Source: a virus | Lineage: Duplodnaviria; Heunggongvirae; Uroviricota; Caudoviricetes | DNA: 39,148 bases | IMG/VR virus record: IMGVR_UViG_2534681836_000019 | Strand: one strand, 5' to 3' | Shown: positions 13,964 through 24,250 of the stretch, in pieces | Layout of the letters: every line of letters begins with the position of its first letter | Position numbering within the stretch: the first letter of the stretch is position 1 | Program-made: the position numbers and the translations under genes | Notes under the pieces: model-generated | The model's database searches: none | The model's input: only the letters and a program-made list of their open reading frames with translations | What the model was told of the DNA's origin: nothing

Positions 13964-14538
13964 CGGGTCAGCCATAACCTCAGTTGTTGTTTCAGTGCAT
14001 ACCCCAGCTGTTTCGGCATTTCCGCAGCAATGATGCGGTCGCGGGCATCTTCAAATGCCTGTGTCAGCGGTCCGGACAGCGGGATTTTCACCACATCAAT
14101 GGGGTAACGATTTTTGCCATCAATACGCCGCATCACATGCCAGCGACCATTCGCCAGTTGCTGAATAAACGCATCCCGGAAAAGATATTTACCCACCTTC
14201 AGCACACTGCCACGGTACTGCAGTTTTCCACCACGCCGGGCCAGTCTGACCCGGGCTGTCCCCAGCTTAATGGCAGGCAGATTGCCCCGGTTAACGCGGA
14301 TCCTGGCCGTCATTTTTCCTGACGGACTGGCTTTAAACACCCGGACACGCTGACGTACCAGTTTCAGGGGGATCCCTTTCACCTGGTTATCTCCCGCAAC
14401 GGTATTCCCGGCAACCTGCCGGGTGGCAACCGAGACCGCTTTCTGTGCCACACGGTTTATCGCCCATGCGCTGGCCTGTGGCACCATACGGGTATCAAGG
14501 CTGTTCAGATTGCGGATGGCATTCTCAAGCCCCTTCAT
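13960..14538 (-). CDS. Z: Tail completion protein Z
   Basis: 192-aa ORF, same length as lambda Z; position upstream of U. Confidence 0.85.
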   Translation of the reverse strand: MKGLENAIRNLNSLDTRMVPQASAWAINRVAQKAVSVATRQVAGNTVAGDNQVKGIPLKLVRQRVRVFKASPSGKMTARIRVNRGNLPAIKLGTARVRLARRGGKLQYRGSVLKVGKYLFRDAFIQQLANGRWHVMRRIDGKNRYPIDVVKIPLSGPLTQAFEDARDRIIAAEMPKQLGYALKQQLRLWLTR

Positions 14539-14549
14539 CCCACACCTCT

Positions 14550-14825
14550 TTACTCAATAAAGATCATTGGCTTACCGTTAAAGCGTTCATGCCGTGTGAC
14601 CGTCCATTGTTGTCCGTCATAAACAACGCGATCCCCGCGCCGTGGGCGGTATCCCGAAGAAAACACCACCAGAGAGACCGCAGGTCCGGACAGAGCATTC
14701 AGCTCTGCCAGTGTTTCTCCCGGGATCACAGTCATATCGACATCATTAATCGAGGCTGTCTTTCCCATCTTTCTGACCGTGATAGCATCCATACGCGCTG
14801 CCAGCCGGGAAAAGGGATCAGACAT
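14550..14825 (-). CDS. Head-tail joining protein (FII-like)
   Basis: 91-aa ORF between the head and tail modules; pattern reminiscent of lambda FII (RxGDxV...W.V). Confidence 0.6.
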   Translation of the reverse strand: MSDPFSRLAARMDAITVRKMGKTASINDVDMTVIPGETLAELNALSGPAVSLVVFSSGYRPRRGDRVVYDGQQWTVTRHERFNGKPMIFIE

Positions 14826-15186
14826 TGAGTTTTACCGGCACTTCTTCTGCACTGGTTCCGGCATCTGCCCAGACAACCCCGACCAGCGGATCAGAGCCGC
14901 TGTTAGTCAGCTGAACTTTTCCGGACTTCAGATAAACCTTCTTACCCGTTTTCATGTCATCCGTTTTCAGCTTAGGCAGCATAAACACACCTTCGGTCAT
15001 GCCGTCGCCTGTTTCACCCTGTGGAATATCGGTCAGCGCCACCGCAAAAACATCGCCCACCTGCACCAGATCTCCGCTGCTGATGGCTGCACTGGCAACA
15101 ATCGCCACCGTTTTTCCTTCTTCTACAAAATTCTTTGCCATAACTGTCTCCGCACAGCCCCGTTCAGGGGCTGATTTCAGGTACAA
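14818..15186 (-). CDS. Small head-associated protein (DUF2190-like); start may be at Met16 (15141)
   Basis: 122-aa ORF immediately downstream of the protease/capsid fusion gene, a position typical of DUF2190 proteins in HK97-type head modules. Confidence 0.55.
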   Translation of the reverse strand: MYLKSAPERGCAETVMAKNFVEEGKTVAIVASAAISSGDLVQVGDVFAVALTDIPQGETGDGMTEGVFMLPKLKTDDMKTGKKVYLKSGKVQLTNSGSDPLVGVVWADAGTSAEEVPVKLNV

Positions 15187-15227
15187 AAAAAGCCCTTACG
15201 GGCCATCAGAGTTGTTGTCTGCGACGT

Positions 15228-17186
15228 TTACGCCGTACATTTCACCAGACCGCGGTGATCAACTGGCGCGACACCGGCGTCAATACGCACTTTCGTTGTC
15301 ACGCCATCCACACTGAAGCCCTCCATCTGATCAATATATGGCGTATCCACACCGTTGAGATAAGCCACTTCAATCGTATCGGAGCCTTTTGACGCAGCCA
15401 GGTAGAAGGTGGTCTGGCTGTTATCATCAAGACGAGGCTCTGCAATAACGGTCGCAAAATCTTTCACCGGGTTAATAATACCGGCGTTAATGTCAGCCCC
15501 CTTGACACTTGAGGAGCGAATGACCTGGTTAGCAACAGACTCCATCGCCGTCGGTACCAGTACGAACGCAGGACGAATATTCAGATGACGCTCCCCCTCT
15601 TTCTGAACGCGCATCAACTGGCGGGCTTTATCCAGCGATGCCACGTCCATTGCAGCGCTCTCCAGTACGTTTGCATGTTTCGCTTTATCGAACAGACTTA
15701 CATTATCTGTGGAGATTTTCGGGTTAGACGTCAGAATGGCATAAACCAGATCGGCAATAGTGGATTTCGCCGCACGGCCCAGTTTCATCGGGACATCGGT
15801 CAGCATATTCAGATCATCATTGATAATGGCCTGACGGGTGATACTGAACAGCTCGCCATAGGTCGCCAGTGCAATAGTGGCCTGTTTATCTCCGGTGGTG
15901 ACGTATTTATATTCCGCCCCTTCACGCACCTGACGCAGAGCACTGAAGCCCCCCATACCCACACGATGGGCAATTTTAAAATCAGACAACTGACCTTTCC
16001 GCGTCCACTGTTCATAGGTTTCAGGGGCATCTTCCCAGCCCTGCAGAATGGCTTTGTTCGCAACATCCAGCAGAATATTACCGAAGTCAGACGTACTGTG
16101 TGTGAACGCCGCACCGACCATCTGCATCGGGTTATAACCGGAAACCCCAATACCCCGTTCAGTTAGTGACATACGGGCATATTCACGCAGGGTCATCCCG
16201 TTGTAGACATTATCACGTTCGGTTTTTTCAAATCCGGCACGCGCCATCAGCGCCTGGCGAATCCCGTCCCCCACAAAATTACCGTTACCGGCATAAATAT
16301 GAGCCGGGGTATTTTTATTGGATGGCGTGGACTCGCGCCCCATCTCGTTCAACAGCTTTTCACGGGCCTGCTCCAGCGAACATTCAGGATCGGCAAGACA
16401 CTGAGCCTGCAGCGTCTGATAACGCCCGCCAAACATGGCAAACAGATCATTAATACCGTTTACACGCGCTTTTTGCTCTGCCAGTACCTGCGCACGGATG
16501 CTGTTTTCATCCACCACGGGTGCTGCTGCCTGCACTGGCGTCCAGGAGGCTTCAGATTCATTATCCTGTACGCGTGGAGCACTGTTGCGTGGCGGAGTAA
16601 TCATGTTTCGAATGGATTCCGGCATCTTTTTAAATTCCTCTGTACGTTTTGACTGAATACATGCCATTGCCTTAACGGCTGGCGTTACCTGATCAGCAAA
16701 TCCATGTGCCAGACATTCGGCACCGGACATCCAGGTCTCATCCGCCAGCATGGCAGCAATTTCATCGGTGGTTTTCCCGGTTTTCTGTGCATAAGCGGGT
16801 AACAGAACCGCCTCAACTTTATCGAGCAGGTCGGCATAGGTGCGCATGTCCTCCGCATCACCGCCCGTAAAGCCAAATGGTTTATGAATCATCATGAAGG
16901 TGTTTTCCGGCATAATGACCGGGTTTCCTACCATCGCAATGACCGACGCCATTGACGCCGCCACACCGTCGACATAAACGGTAATGGACGCACCATGTGT
17001 TTTCAGCGCATTAAAAATGGCGATGCCTTCAAAGACATCGCCACCCGGTGAATTAATATGGAGATTAATGTGGGTGATATCGCCCAGTGCATTCAGATCA
17101 CTGATAAACTGCTTCGCTGTAACACCCCAGAAACCAATCTCGTCATAAATATAAATATCCGCGTCACTCTGGTGACCAGCCTGCAT
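15228..17186 (-). CDS. Prohead protease (ClpP/S14-like) fused to HK97-fold major capsid protein (longest ORF starts at 17447)
   Basis: N-terminal region DADIYIYDEIGFWG...INSPGGDVFEGIAIFNAL is ClpP-like; long C-terminal region is capsid-like; chosen start is just after the portal stop. Confidence 0.85.
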   Translation of the reverse strand: MQAGHQSDADIYIYDEIGFWGVTAKQFISDLNALGDITHINLHINSPGGDVFEGIAIFNALKTHGASITVYVDGVAASMASVIAMVGNPVIMPENTFMMIHKPFGFTGGDAEDMRTYADLLDKVEAVLLPAYAQKTGKTTDEIAAMLADETWMSGAECLAHGFADQVTPAVKAMACIQSKRTEEFKKMPESIRNMITPPRNSAPRVQDNESEASWTPVQAAAPVVDENSIRAQVLAEQKARVNGINDLFAMFGGRYQTLQAQCLADPECSLEQAREKLLNEMGRESTPSNKNTPAHIYAGNGNFVGDGIRQALMARAGFEKTERDNVYNGMTLREYARMSLTERGIGVSGYNPMQMVGAAFTHSTSDFGNILLDVANKAILQGWEDAPETYEQWTRKGQLSDFKIAHRVGMGGFSALRQVREGAEYKYVTTGDKQATIALATYGELFSITRQAIINDDLNMLTDVPMKLGRAAKSTIADLVYAILTSNPKISTDNVSLFDKAKHANVLESAAMDVASLDKARQLMRVQKEGERHLNIRPAFVLVPTAMESVANQVIRSSSVKGADINAGIINPVKDFATVIAEPRLDDNSQTTFYLAASKGSDTIEVAYLNGVDTPYIDQMEGFSVDGVTTKVRIDAGVAPVDHRGLVKCTA

Positions 17187-17199
17187 CCTGAACCAGGAA

Positions 17200-18708
17200 T
17201 TATTCTTCGGACTGGTCGTCGGTGTGCTGCGGCTCCTGTCGTTTCGTTGCGGCACTACTGCCTCCTTTATCACTGGCCGGATCGGTATCAAATACCAGAT
17301 CCAGCTTGCGGTTTTCATCAATTTCGGCCTTGCGCCGACGTTTGACATCATCCGGATTACGACCACCAGCACGTACCCAGTCTGATTCTGTCGCCGCTCC
17401 ACCACGAATCTGGATTTTCCAGGCCTCAGCCTCCTTAACAGGGTCAATCCACGGCATCACTGGTCCGGAATACACCGCGGTATACAGTGAAGAACGGTCA
17501 AGATCGCGGGGTAGCCTGATAACACCGGATGCCACAGCCTGTTTCAGCCATGCACGATACATCGGGCGGGTGACGGCACCAATAAACCAGTCCTGCAGGA
17601 TCAGGTAGCCATCAGTGGATTCAACCAGCTCCTGACGCTGGGCGCTGTAAGTGCCGTTATAGTTGCGCGCTGTACTGGAAAAACTCAGACGACTGCCCGC
17701 CGCCACGGCACGCAACTGACCATTACGAAAAGTTTCAAGGTTAGGATTGGGGCGATCCGACTTCACCATTCCGATTTCTTCGCCGGGTTTCAGATCGTCG
17801 TAAATAATGCCCGGCTGAATGGTAAGCTCACGTTCATTCTCCTTTCTGCCATTACCATCCGGTTCATAGCTCTGCCCGTCGCCTTTCCGGATGTACATCC
17901 CCAGAGCAGCGGCGATCCTTGCTGCAGTCAGCTCAGAATCTTCATATTCTTTCAGGGCACTGAGGCGGATCAGCACACCGGACAACAAAGACGTCCCGCG
18001 CATCTGGTGCAGACGGCGAACAAATTTAAGATGCAGCATTCGCTCTGCATCCACTTCTTTGGTTTCCATCTGCCGTCCGGATACGGGACGGCTTTTATAC
18101 ACCAGATATTTTTCGGGACGCCCCCAGTCATCAACAAACACGCCCTGATTCAGCCTGTTGCTCTCATCACTAGTCATGGGAATAAAGTCCGGCTCGAGCG
18201 CCTCCAGCCAGAAATGAACACCGGCAGAAGGCGCCAGGCTGTTTATGCGCCCGGAAACCATCTGGGCAAACACCTCACCATCGCGCAGCCAGGTACGAAG
18301 CATCAGACGTTCCAGCATCGGACGGGTAAACTGCCCGGTGACTTCCGGGCTGACAGACCATTCACTCCATCGGGTGCGAATCTCCGCAGCCAGGTCACGG
18401 GCAATGGCCCCATTGCGTAATACCGGATGTGGCTCGACAATAATCCCGTTTTTCCCCACCACCCGTTCTTCCAGCTTGTCAAATACACCAATAACCAGAT
18501 CGTGGTTGTTATCAAGGTAACGGGCCTGCTCACGTAACGACACGGCCCCGTACTGGCTTAACTGGTCGGCAGTTCGGTTCTCCCGTCGGGCTTTGTGTGT
18601 CCGCGTCGTTTTTACGGCCTCATAAGCCTGGATCACCGCACGGGAACGCAGCCTTGCCGCTTTCCATCCTGGTGAAAAAACGCCAATCACATCATCAAGA
18701 ATTGCCAT
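17200..18708 (-). CDS. B: Portal protein (lambda B family); longest ORF starts at 18780
   Basis: About 500-aa ORF between W and the capsid gene; start at Met25 overlaps the W stop. Confidence 0.85.
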   Translation of the reverse strand: MAILDDVIGVFSPGWKAARLRSRAVIQAYEAVKTTRTHKARRENRTADQLSQYGAVSLREQARYLDNNHDLVIGVFDKLEERVVGKNGIIVEPHPVLRNGAIARDLAAEIRTRWSEWSVSPEVTGQFTRPMLERLMLRTWLRDGEVFAQMVSGRINSLAPSAGVHFWLEALEPDFIPMTSDESNRLNQGVFVDDWGRPEKYLVYKSRPVSGRQMETKEVDAERMLHLKFVRRLHQMRGTSLLSGVLIRLSALKEYEDSELTAARIAAALGMYIRKGDGQSYEPDGNGRKENERELTIQPGIIYDDLKPGEEIGMVKSDRPNPNLETFRNGQLRAVAAGSRLSFSSTARNYNGTYSAQRQELVESTDGYLILQDWFIGAVTRPMYRAWLKQAVASGVIRLPRDLDRSSLYTAVYSGPVMPWIDPVKEAEAWKIQIRGGAATESDWVRAGGRNPDDVKRRRKAEIDENRKLDLVFDTDPASDKGGSSAATKRQEPQHTDDQSEE

Positions 18709-18926
18709 CAGAACCTCGCCAGCCGGTACCCGGGATGCCCCCGTCGTCGTGTAATCAGAGCCGCAAGGCGGCGCTCCCACTCCTGCCGTCCCTGCCGGAT
18801 CTCAGATAAGTTTTCCATGGTCATCTGCTGACCATTAAAGGTGACGGATTTTCCGTCCAGCACCGCCATTTCAGCTTCCGTATAACGCTGAATCATGGCT
18901 TCGATATCATTCTGGTTCATAACCAT
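18708..18926 (-). CDS. W: Head-tail connector / DNA stabilisation protein W
   Basis: 72-aa ORF ending RRRGHPGYRLARF, compare lambda W C-terminus RRRGPAGFYV; located between terminase A and portal. Confidence 0.8.
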   Translation of the reverse strand: MVMNQNDIEAMIQRYTEAEMAVLDGKSVTFNGQQMTMENLSEIRQGRQEWERRLAALITRRRGHPGYRLARF

Positions 18927-21016
18927 CCTCCGGAAGTCAGCCAGGGGTTAACATCGTCAGTTACTGTTTTCTTCCGTTTTTGTTTTTTAACAGGCGTGGA
19001 TACCGGTTCCGGTGAGGATGACGGTTCGGTACTGTCCTGGACACACTCCAGCCAGGTCTCCCGGCTCGCCCACTCCGGTGCATCCGGCCAGCGGATCTTT
19101 TCGTATCCATGCAGAATGACCAGAGCCTCGGCATACACCATCAGGTCAAAAGCTTCGTTGGCACCGCGACCCGGCTTACTCCATTTCCCGTCACTGCTCC
19201 GCTCTTCATACGTCAGTTCGTCGTAAAACCAGCTCCCCAGCCAGTCAGGGAAATGCACATAGCCGGGACCTGGCGAGTCACGCCATAACGCGTTATTCAC
19301 CCGGTCTTTCAGGGCATCCGTCTGAAGAAGCCAGAGCGGCACATCACCTGCGGCCTGCGCCCGTCGGCCCGTTCGTCCGGTGTTATCAGGGAATGTACGG
19401 GTGATCAGTTTTGCGCGCCGGATGCTGTCGCCCTTAAACAGGTAAATACGTTTACCAAGGCCATCACGACGGCAACGACGCCAGAATTTATAGGCATTAT
19501 CAGTGACCCCGTCTTCACCGCCGGAGTCCACCGCCATTGCCATCAGTCGCATTTGTTGAGAAGGGTCGGAGGCCAGCGGCCAGCTTTTATGAAAAACATC
19601 CGTCAGCAGGACATCCCAGTCTTCCGGATAGCTGGCTGGATCAATTCGCTGGCTCTCCCCGTCGCTGTCACCGCGCAATGACTGCGTGATGTTGTAACGA
19701 TCAATAATCCAGCGTTCGCCACGGCTGCCATAGCCCGTTACCTGAACCACAAAACGGCGATGACGTCCCGCCTGCACATCCACTGTCGCCACAAGGAAAT
19801 TAACGCCATCCGGCACACTGCGGGAAGGAACTGGCTCTGCCCGCTGCTCAAGCAATTCACTTTTTCGTTGCTCCATGCTGGCACGAGGAAGATAAGGCAA
19901 TCCCCAGTCGGTGTTGATAACCGCCCTGAGTGTTTCTTCGCTTCCTGTCGCTTCATACTCCTGTTCTGCAGTCAGTAATTTGTAAACCAGTTGCGCCCAG
20001 GTCTGATACGCAGCAGCTGGCCCTTCCATCCAGAAACTGGCGATACGGGAGCGGCGCGGTTCACCGGAAACGTTGCCGTTACGATCAATGACCTGACCTT
20101 CACGCAACCAGACTCCTGCACTATTGAGCTCACGCTTTTTCTCCGCAGTGATAATGCCGCTGCAGTGCGGGCAAAGTAGATACGCCGCCTCACTGGCTTT
20201 AAAGGGATCCGGTTCATTACGGTAGCCGGTCATGGCATCCATGGCTGGCTGAAAATATTCACCGCAGTGCGGACATGACCAGTACCAGCGGCGGCGGTCA
20301 CCACGATTGTAAAGGGAAAGAATACCAGTCGTCGGTGGCGCTTCATGAGGCGACTTACGTCGCCATTTGCTGTCGCAGATGTCACGTCCCGGCGAGCTCT
20401 CCACCAGAGTCATCCCGGCGGACATAAATGTGGTGGTACGTTTTGAGGCCAGGGAGAAACCATCACCCTCGCTGTCGATATTCTCCGGAAAACGGTCGTA
20501 ATCGGTTAAGGCGACAAACCGGTAATCCGACGACGACATAATGTTGACCGAGGGCCAACCAATTTTAAGGAACGAGCCATCCCTGAACGTCTTATCATGG
20601 ACATTATTGTCGTTACGACGTGGACTCATTCTTTTCTTTACCGCCGCACTGCTTCTGAACGTTCTGTCGAGGCGCTTTTTAGAATGCTCGCGGGCCTTAT
20701 CTTCGGTCATCTGCACAACGAGCATGTCCGAAGGATCGCAAACGATGGTATAGACAATCCATCCATCGATCAGACCAATGGTCTTCCCTGTTCGCGCAGG
20801 ACCAACAAAAATCACCGCATCGTATTCACGCGATGCCAGGCAGTTCATGGGCTCAATGATGTAGGGTGTCAGTTCAGGATCCCATGGCACCGAGTTACCA
20901 GCCCCCTTGGGAACACGCATGAATTTTTTAACAGCCTCCGAAATCGGCATGCGACGTGGTGGGGAAAATCCTGCCGATATGTCCCTTCCCAAATTTCGGG
21001 CTGATGAAAAACCCAT
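18917..21016 (-). CDS. A: Terminase large subunit (lambda A family)
   Basis: 699-aa ORF with Walker A-like motif VGPARTGKT near the N-terminus; follows Nu1. Confidence 0.9.
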   Translation of the reverse strand: MGFSSARNLGRDISAGFSPPRRMPISEAVKKFMRVPKGAGNSVPWDPELTPYIIEPMNCLASREYDAVIFVGPARTGKTIGLIDGWIVYTIVCDPSDMLVVQMTEDKAREHSKKRLDRTFRSSAAVKKRMSPRRNDNNVHDKTFRDGSFLKIGWPSVNIMSSSDYRFVALTDYDRFPENIDSEGDGFSLASKRTTTFMSAGMTLVESSPGRDICDSKWRRKSPHEAPPTTGILSLYNRGDRRRWYWSCPHCGEYFQPAMDAMTGYRNEPDPFKASEAAYLLCPHCSGIITAEKKRELNSAGVWLREGQVIDRNGNVSGEPRRSRIASFWMEGPAAAYQTWAQLVYKLLTAEQEYEATGSEETLRAVINTDWGLPYLPRASMEQRKSELLEQRAEPVPSRSVPDGVNFLVATVDVQAGRHRRFVVQVTGYGSRGERWIIDRYNITQSLRGDSDGESQRIDPASYPEDWDVLLTDVFHKSWPLASDPSQQMRLMAMAVDSGGEDGVTDNAYKFWRRCRRDGLGKRIYLFKGDSIRRAKLITRTFPDNTGRTGRRAQAAGDVPLWLLQTDALKDRVNNALWRDSPGPGYVHFPDWLGSWFYDELTYEERSSDGKWSKPGRGANEAFDLMVYAEALVILHGYEKIRWPDAPEWASRETWLECVQDSTEPSSSPEPVSTPVKKQKRKKTVTDDVNPWLTSGGWL

Positions 21017-21024
21017 TATTCCTC

Positions 21025-21582
21025 CTAGAGACTCTCTCCTTCCTCATCAGGAATTAATTCAGCAGCACAAGCCTCGTAGGATTTTTCCTGAAGAGTGTAT
21101 CGCAGGTCATCAATGGCCTGCTGTACAACGCCGACGGCCTGAGGAGTCAGGGCGCAATCGCGTTCAAGAACATCCGGAATTGTCTCCAGAACCTGGACGA
21201 CAGCCTTTCTCATGGACGAATAGACGATGACTACTTCATCAACGGGGATGAGTTTTCGCTGCTCCTTTTCCAGCTTGATCCTTTCATTTTCAGACTGGTA
21301 CCAGTCCTTTCTCTCTTTCGGCTCCATACGGGATGGATCATGAACAGAGTCTGCTGCCTCATGCTTCACACTAAACAGGGCTGGCCCGACATGCTGCAGG
21401 GCGTAAACGGGGTTCCCCCTGACAGTCGCAGCCACAGGAGTGTTAGCCGCGAGGAGCCGTTTTTTTACTGTGTCCCGGTGAAGCCCAAAGGCCTCAGCGA
21501 TTTTAAAAACACTCCAGTAATAAGCATCACCGATCCCGCTCACATTTGACATAAGCAACTCCATCTGGCAGGTGAAAATCAT
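21025..21582 (-). CDS. nu1: Terminase small subunit (Nu1 / NohA-like); alternative starts at 21564 or 21552
   Basis: N-terminal HTH-like region YYWSVFKIAEAFGLHRDTVKKRL; immediately downstream of the cos site and upstream of A. Confidence 0.85.
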   Translation of the reverse strand: MIFTCQMELLMSNVSGIGDAYYWSVFKIAEAFGLHRDTVKKRLLAANTPVAATVRGNPVYALQHVGPALFSVKHEAADSVHDPSRMEPKERKDWYQSENERIKLEKEQRKLIPVDEVVIVYSSMRKAVVQVLETIPDVLERDCALTPQAVGVVQQAIDDLRYTLQEKSYEACAAELIPDEEGESL

Positions 21583-21699
21583 GTTTATTTATATATTTCA
21601 ATTAATTGCAAACTGGTCTAATGACAGGGAGAAAGAAATATTGTACAGGTGAAAAGAGAAATAACTTTTAATTATCAATAAATTACCAAACATGCTGCC

Positions 21700-21800
21700 G
21701 CCGCCATGGAAATGCAAAAACTAGCCTTTTTCCGCGACGCTCCCGCCCCGTGGCAGGGGCCCCCACCGGGAGGACCCGACAGCCTGACAGCCTGACAGCC
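21700..21800 (-). other. cos: Cohesive end site cos (cosN candidate at 21737-21748, minus-strand sequence GGGCGGGAGCGT)
   Basis: Minus-strand sequence CGGGTCCTCCCGGTG...ACG GGGCGGGAGCGT CGCGG aligns with lambda GGGTCCTTTCCGGTG...ACG GGGCGGCGACCT CGCGG; lies just upstream of Nu1. Confidence 0.75.
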
Positions 21801-21936
21801 GTGATGAGCATCTGATACAGCGCTTTACATAATGGCATAGGAATAATTCAGAAGGACATCACAGCATGCCCACACAAATTAGTGTGAGTGTCCTGTTTCT
21901 TCCTACGCACAGGACTGACGAGCATGAGGGGAAAAT

Positions 21937-22104
21937 ATGCGAACCATAAATGCCTCATCTTCAGCAATGCAACCGGCATCCGAACAGGACGATATTGTAA
22001 ATTCACCTAATTACGAGGACATTGCAGTAGTTGAATTGCAGCTCTGTATTAGCCTGACAGTGACAGAATGCGATATTGACTCTGTCACAGGTGAAATAGT
22101 TTGA
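21937..22104 (+). CDS. Hypothetical small protein (55 aa)
   Basis: ATG preceded by GAGGGG Shine-Dalgarno at good spacing; below the ORF-track length cut-off; no recognisable homology. Confidence 0.35.
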   Translation: MRTINASSSAMQPASEQDDIVNSPNYEDIAVVELQLCISLTVTECDIDSVTGEIV

Positions 22105-22124
22105 ATGATTAGCAGTTATGGTGC

Positions 22125-22331
22125 TCAGTCAACCACCAGGGAATAATCCTTCGAATTCTTATCGTGCTTCACCAACGCTGCCTCAATTGCCCTGAATGCT
22201 TCCAGAGACACCTGATGTTCTATACATGCAATTACAACATCCGGGTAACTCATAGAAATGGTGCTATTAAGCATATTTTTTACACGAATCAGATCCAACG
22301 AGACTTCATCAGCAGATTGTTCTTTATTCAT
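22125..22331 (-). CDS. Hypothetical small protein (68 aa)
   Basis: ORF in the accessory region between cos and ydfO-like gene; no recognised motif. Confidence 0.4.
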   Translation of the reverse strand: MNKEQSADEVSLDLIRVKNMLNSTISMSYPDVVIACIEHQVSLEAFRAIEAALVKHDKNSKDYSLVVD

Positions 22332-22631
22332 TTTGTCGCTCCATGCGTTTGCTCGTCATCTAGCGGTTAAAATATTACTTCAAATCTTACTGCATAAAAG
22401 AGGAAAAGTATGAAAGTTTGAGTACATCGACCTTACATACATCTGTCGGTTGCATATCCCTCCTGGATGCCAGCAAGGCTCAATTTTGTTACGCAATCAA
22501 CACTATTCATTAAAAACAGGCTTAATATTTGACATAAATCATCAACAAAACACAAAGAGGTCAGACCAGATTGAAACAATAAACACGATAATGCTAACTA
22601 CGCGCCATCGTATCACATGGAAGGTTTACCA

Positions 22632-23042
22632 ATGGCTCAGGCTGCCATTTTTAAAGAAATATTCGATCAAGTGCGTAAAGATTTAAACTGTGAATTATTT
22701 TATTCTGAGCTAAAACGTCACAATGTCTCACTTTATATTTACTATTTAGCCACAGATAATATTCACATTGTGTTAGAAAACGACAACATAGTGTTAGTAA
22801 AAGGACTCAAAAAGGTTGTAAATGTTAAATTCTCCAGAAACAAACATCTTATAGAGACCTCCTATAATAAGTTGAAATCAAAAGAAATCACATTTCAACA
22901 ATACAGGGAAAATCTTGCTAAAGCAGGAGTTTTCCGATGGGTTACAAATATCCAGGAACACCAAAGATATTACTATGCCTTTGATAACTCATTACTATTT
23001 ACTGAAAGCATCCAGAAAACTACACAGATCTTACCACGCTAA
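22632..23042 (+). CDS. ydfO: YdfO-like protein (136 aa from second Met; longest ORF starts at 22617)
   Basis: Synteny with Qin (nohQ, ydfO, gnsB, cspI); a possible hairpin follows the stop. Confidence 0.55.
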   Translation: MAQAAIFKEIFDQVRKDLNCELFYSELKRHNVSLYIYYLATDNIHIVLENDNIVLVKGLKKVVNVKFSRNKHLIETSYNKLKSKEITFQQYRENLAKAGVFRWVTNIQEHQRYYYAFDNSLLFTESIQKTTQILPR

Positions 23043-23193
23043 ACCATAACGTCCGGCTTCTCTCACTCCTGAGCCGGACTGCATTGGTTTAATAAAAACC
23101 ATCAACAATTGTGATTTAGATATTCGGAACCATTCAAATATAACAAAACCCCGTAAAAACGAGGTTTATGGATAAATTTTATTATTGAATACA

Positions 23194-23366
23194 TCAGATT
23201 AAATTAATCTTGACATCATAGCTTTCAAGACCCGTCATTTTTTCCCGTGCGGTAAACTGAATACTGGTAACTTCTTTCCCGGTCTTTTTCTTAAGTTCAA
23301 TAATTTTTTTGTTATATATTCAGAAATATCTGCTTCTGCTTTTGTTTTTAAGTTTTCAATATTCAT
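23194..23366 (-). pseudogene. gnsB: gnsB-like small protein gene, reading frame broken by a 1-nt deficit in a homopolymer
   Basis: Frame 1 gives MNIENLKTKAEADISEYITKK then stops early; one extra A in the 7-T run at 23304-23310 (plus strand) would give ...IIELKKKTGKEVTSIQFTAREKMTGLESYDVKINLI*, close to GnsA/GnsB as recalled. Confidence 0.6.
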
Positions 23367-23537
23367 CATTTCCTCTTTTAGTCTGTTATGACTTTCCAGT
23401 TACACAGTAAGTCGATTATATGGTGCAAACGTGTAAAAGATAAGATGAAACATCGCAATAATCAACATACGATAGTCTAAATTTTACACAAACAGACAAA
23501 GAAAATTTTCCTGAATTATCAATACAATAGCATCAAA

Positions 23538-23729
23538 TCAACTCAAGAGCCTTATTGCTGCTTCCAGAATTTCTTCTGAAGTAACATGTCGATCCGCGGC
23601 TACATAAATGACTTTATGATCTCCGGTCAGAGATGGAAACCCTGCGGCCATTACAGTAAGGTGTGTTTTTTCGCCATTTGGATATTCACGCATGATGGTG
23701 TTAACTCCAGTCATCGCTGGCACTACCAC
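23538..23729 (-). CDS. Hypothetical small protein (63 aa)
   Basis: ORF between the gnsB-like gene and cspI-like gene; function unknown. Confidence 0.35.
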   Translation of the reverse strand: MVVPAMTGVNTIMREYPNGEKTHLTVMAAGFPSLTGDHKVIYVAADRHVTSEEILEAAIRLLS

Positions 23730-24037
23730 TGCTGGTTCAGAGTTAAAAAAACTATGATTTTTTCATGATGTTACCGTAGTATGTGAGTATCCATCGAATA
23801 GATACCAAGCAAAAAAGCTCCCGAAGGAGCCTTCATTTTCACTTTTTTAAATCCAACGACAGACGGCTGGCATTTAAGTATTGTGAAATATTATCAAATG
23901 TAATCATCATTGATTTACAAAAGATACATTTTGCCCCGAAAGGATTCATGTCAGAAACATCAAAAGATGATGTTCTATACTGGGAACCATGACAACACGG
24001 GCATCTAAAGTGAATATGGTTTGTAATATTGTCTACC

Positions 24038-24250
24038 TCAAAGCGCCACTACATGAACAGCGGCAGGACCTTTAGGTCCGTTCTCAATACCAAATTCAAC
24101 TTCCTGATTCTCAGTTAATGTTTTGAAATCGTTGCTCTGAATTGCTGAGAAATGGACAAACACATCTTTGCTGCCATCTTTCGGCGTGATGAAACCAAAA
24201 CCTTTTTCAGGGTTAAACCATTTCACTAAACCAGTCATTTTGTTAGACAT
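24038..24250 (-). CDS. cspI: Cold shock protein, CspI-like
   Basis: 70-aa [41 protein letters not shown]... with RNP1/RNP2 cold-shock-domain motifs. Confidence 0.9.
   Translation of the reverse strand: MSNKMTGLVKWFNPEKGFGFITPKDGSKDVFVHFSAIQSNDFKTLTENQEVEFGIENGPKGPAAVHVVAL

Noticed and set aside
15585-16166. 193-aa plus-strand ORF and other small ORFs inside the protease-capsid gene
   Set aside because: Antisense or alternative-frame ORFs inside a strongly supported 650-aa structural gene.
23783-23992. 69-aa plus-strand ORF upstream of cspI
   Set aside because: Falls in the AT-rich promoter/leader region of the cspI-like gene on the opposite strand; no RBS, low-complexity product.
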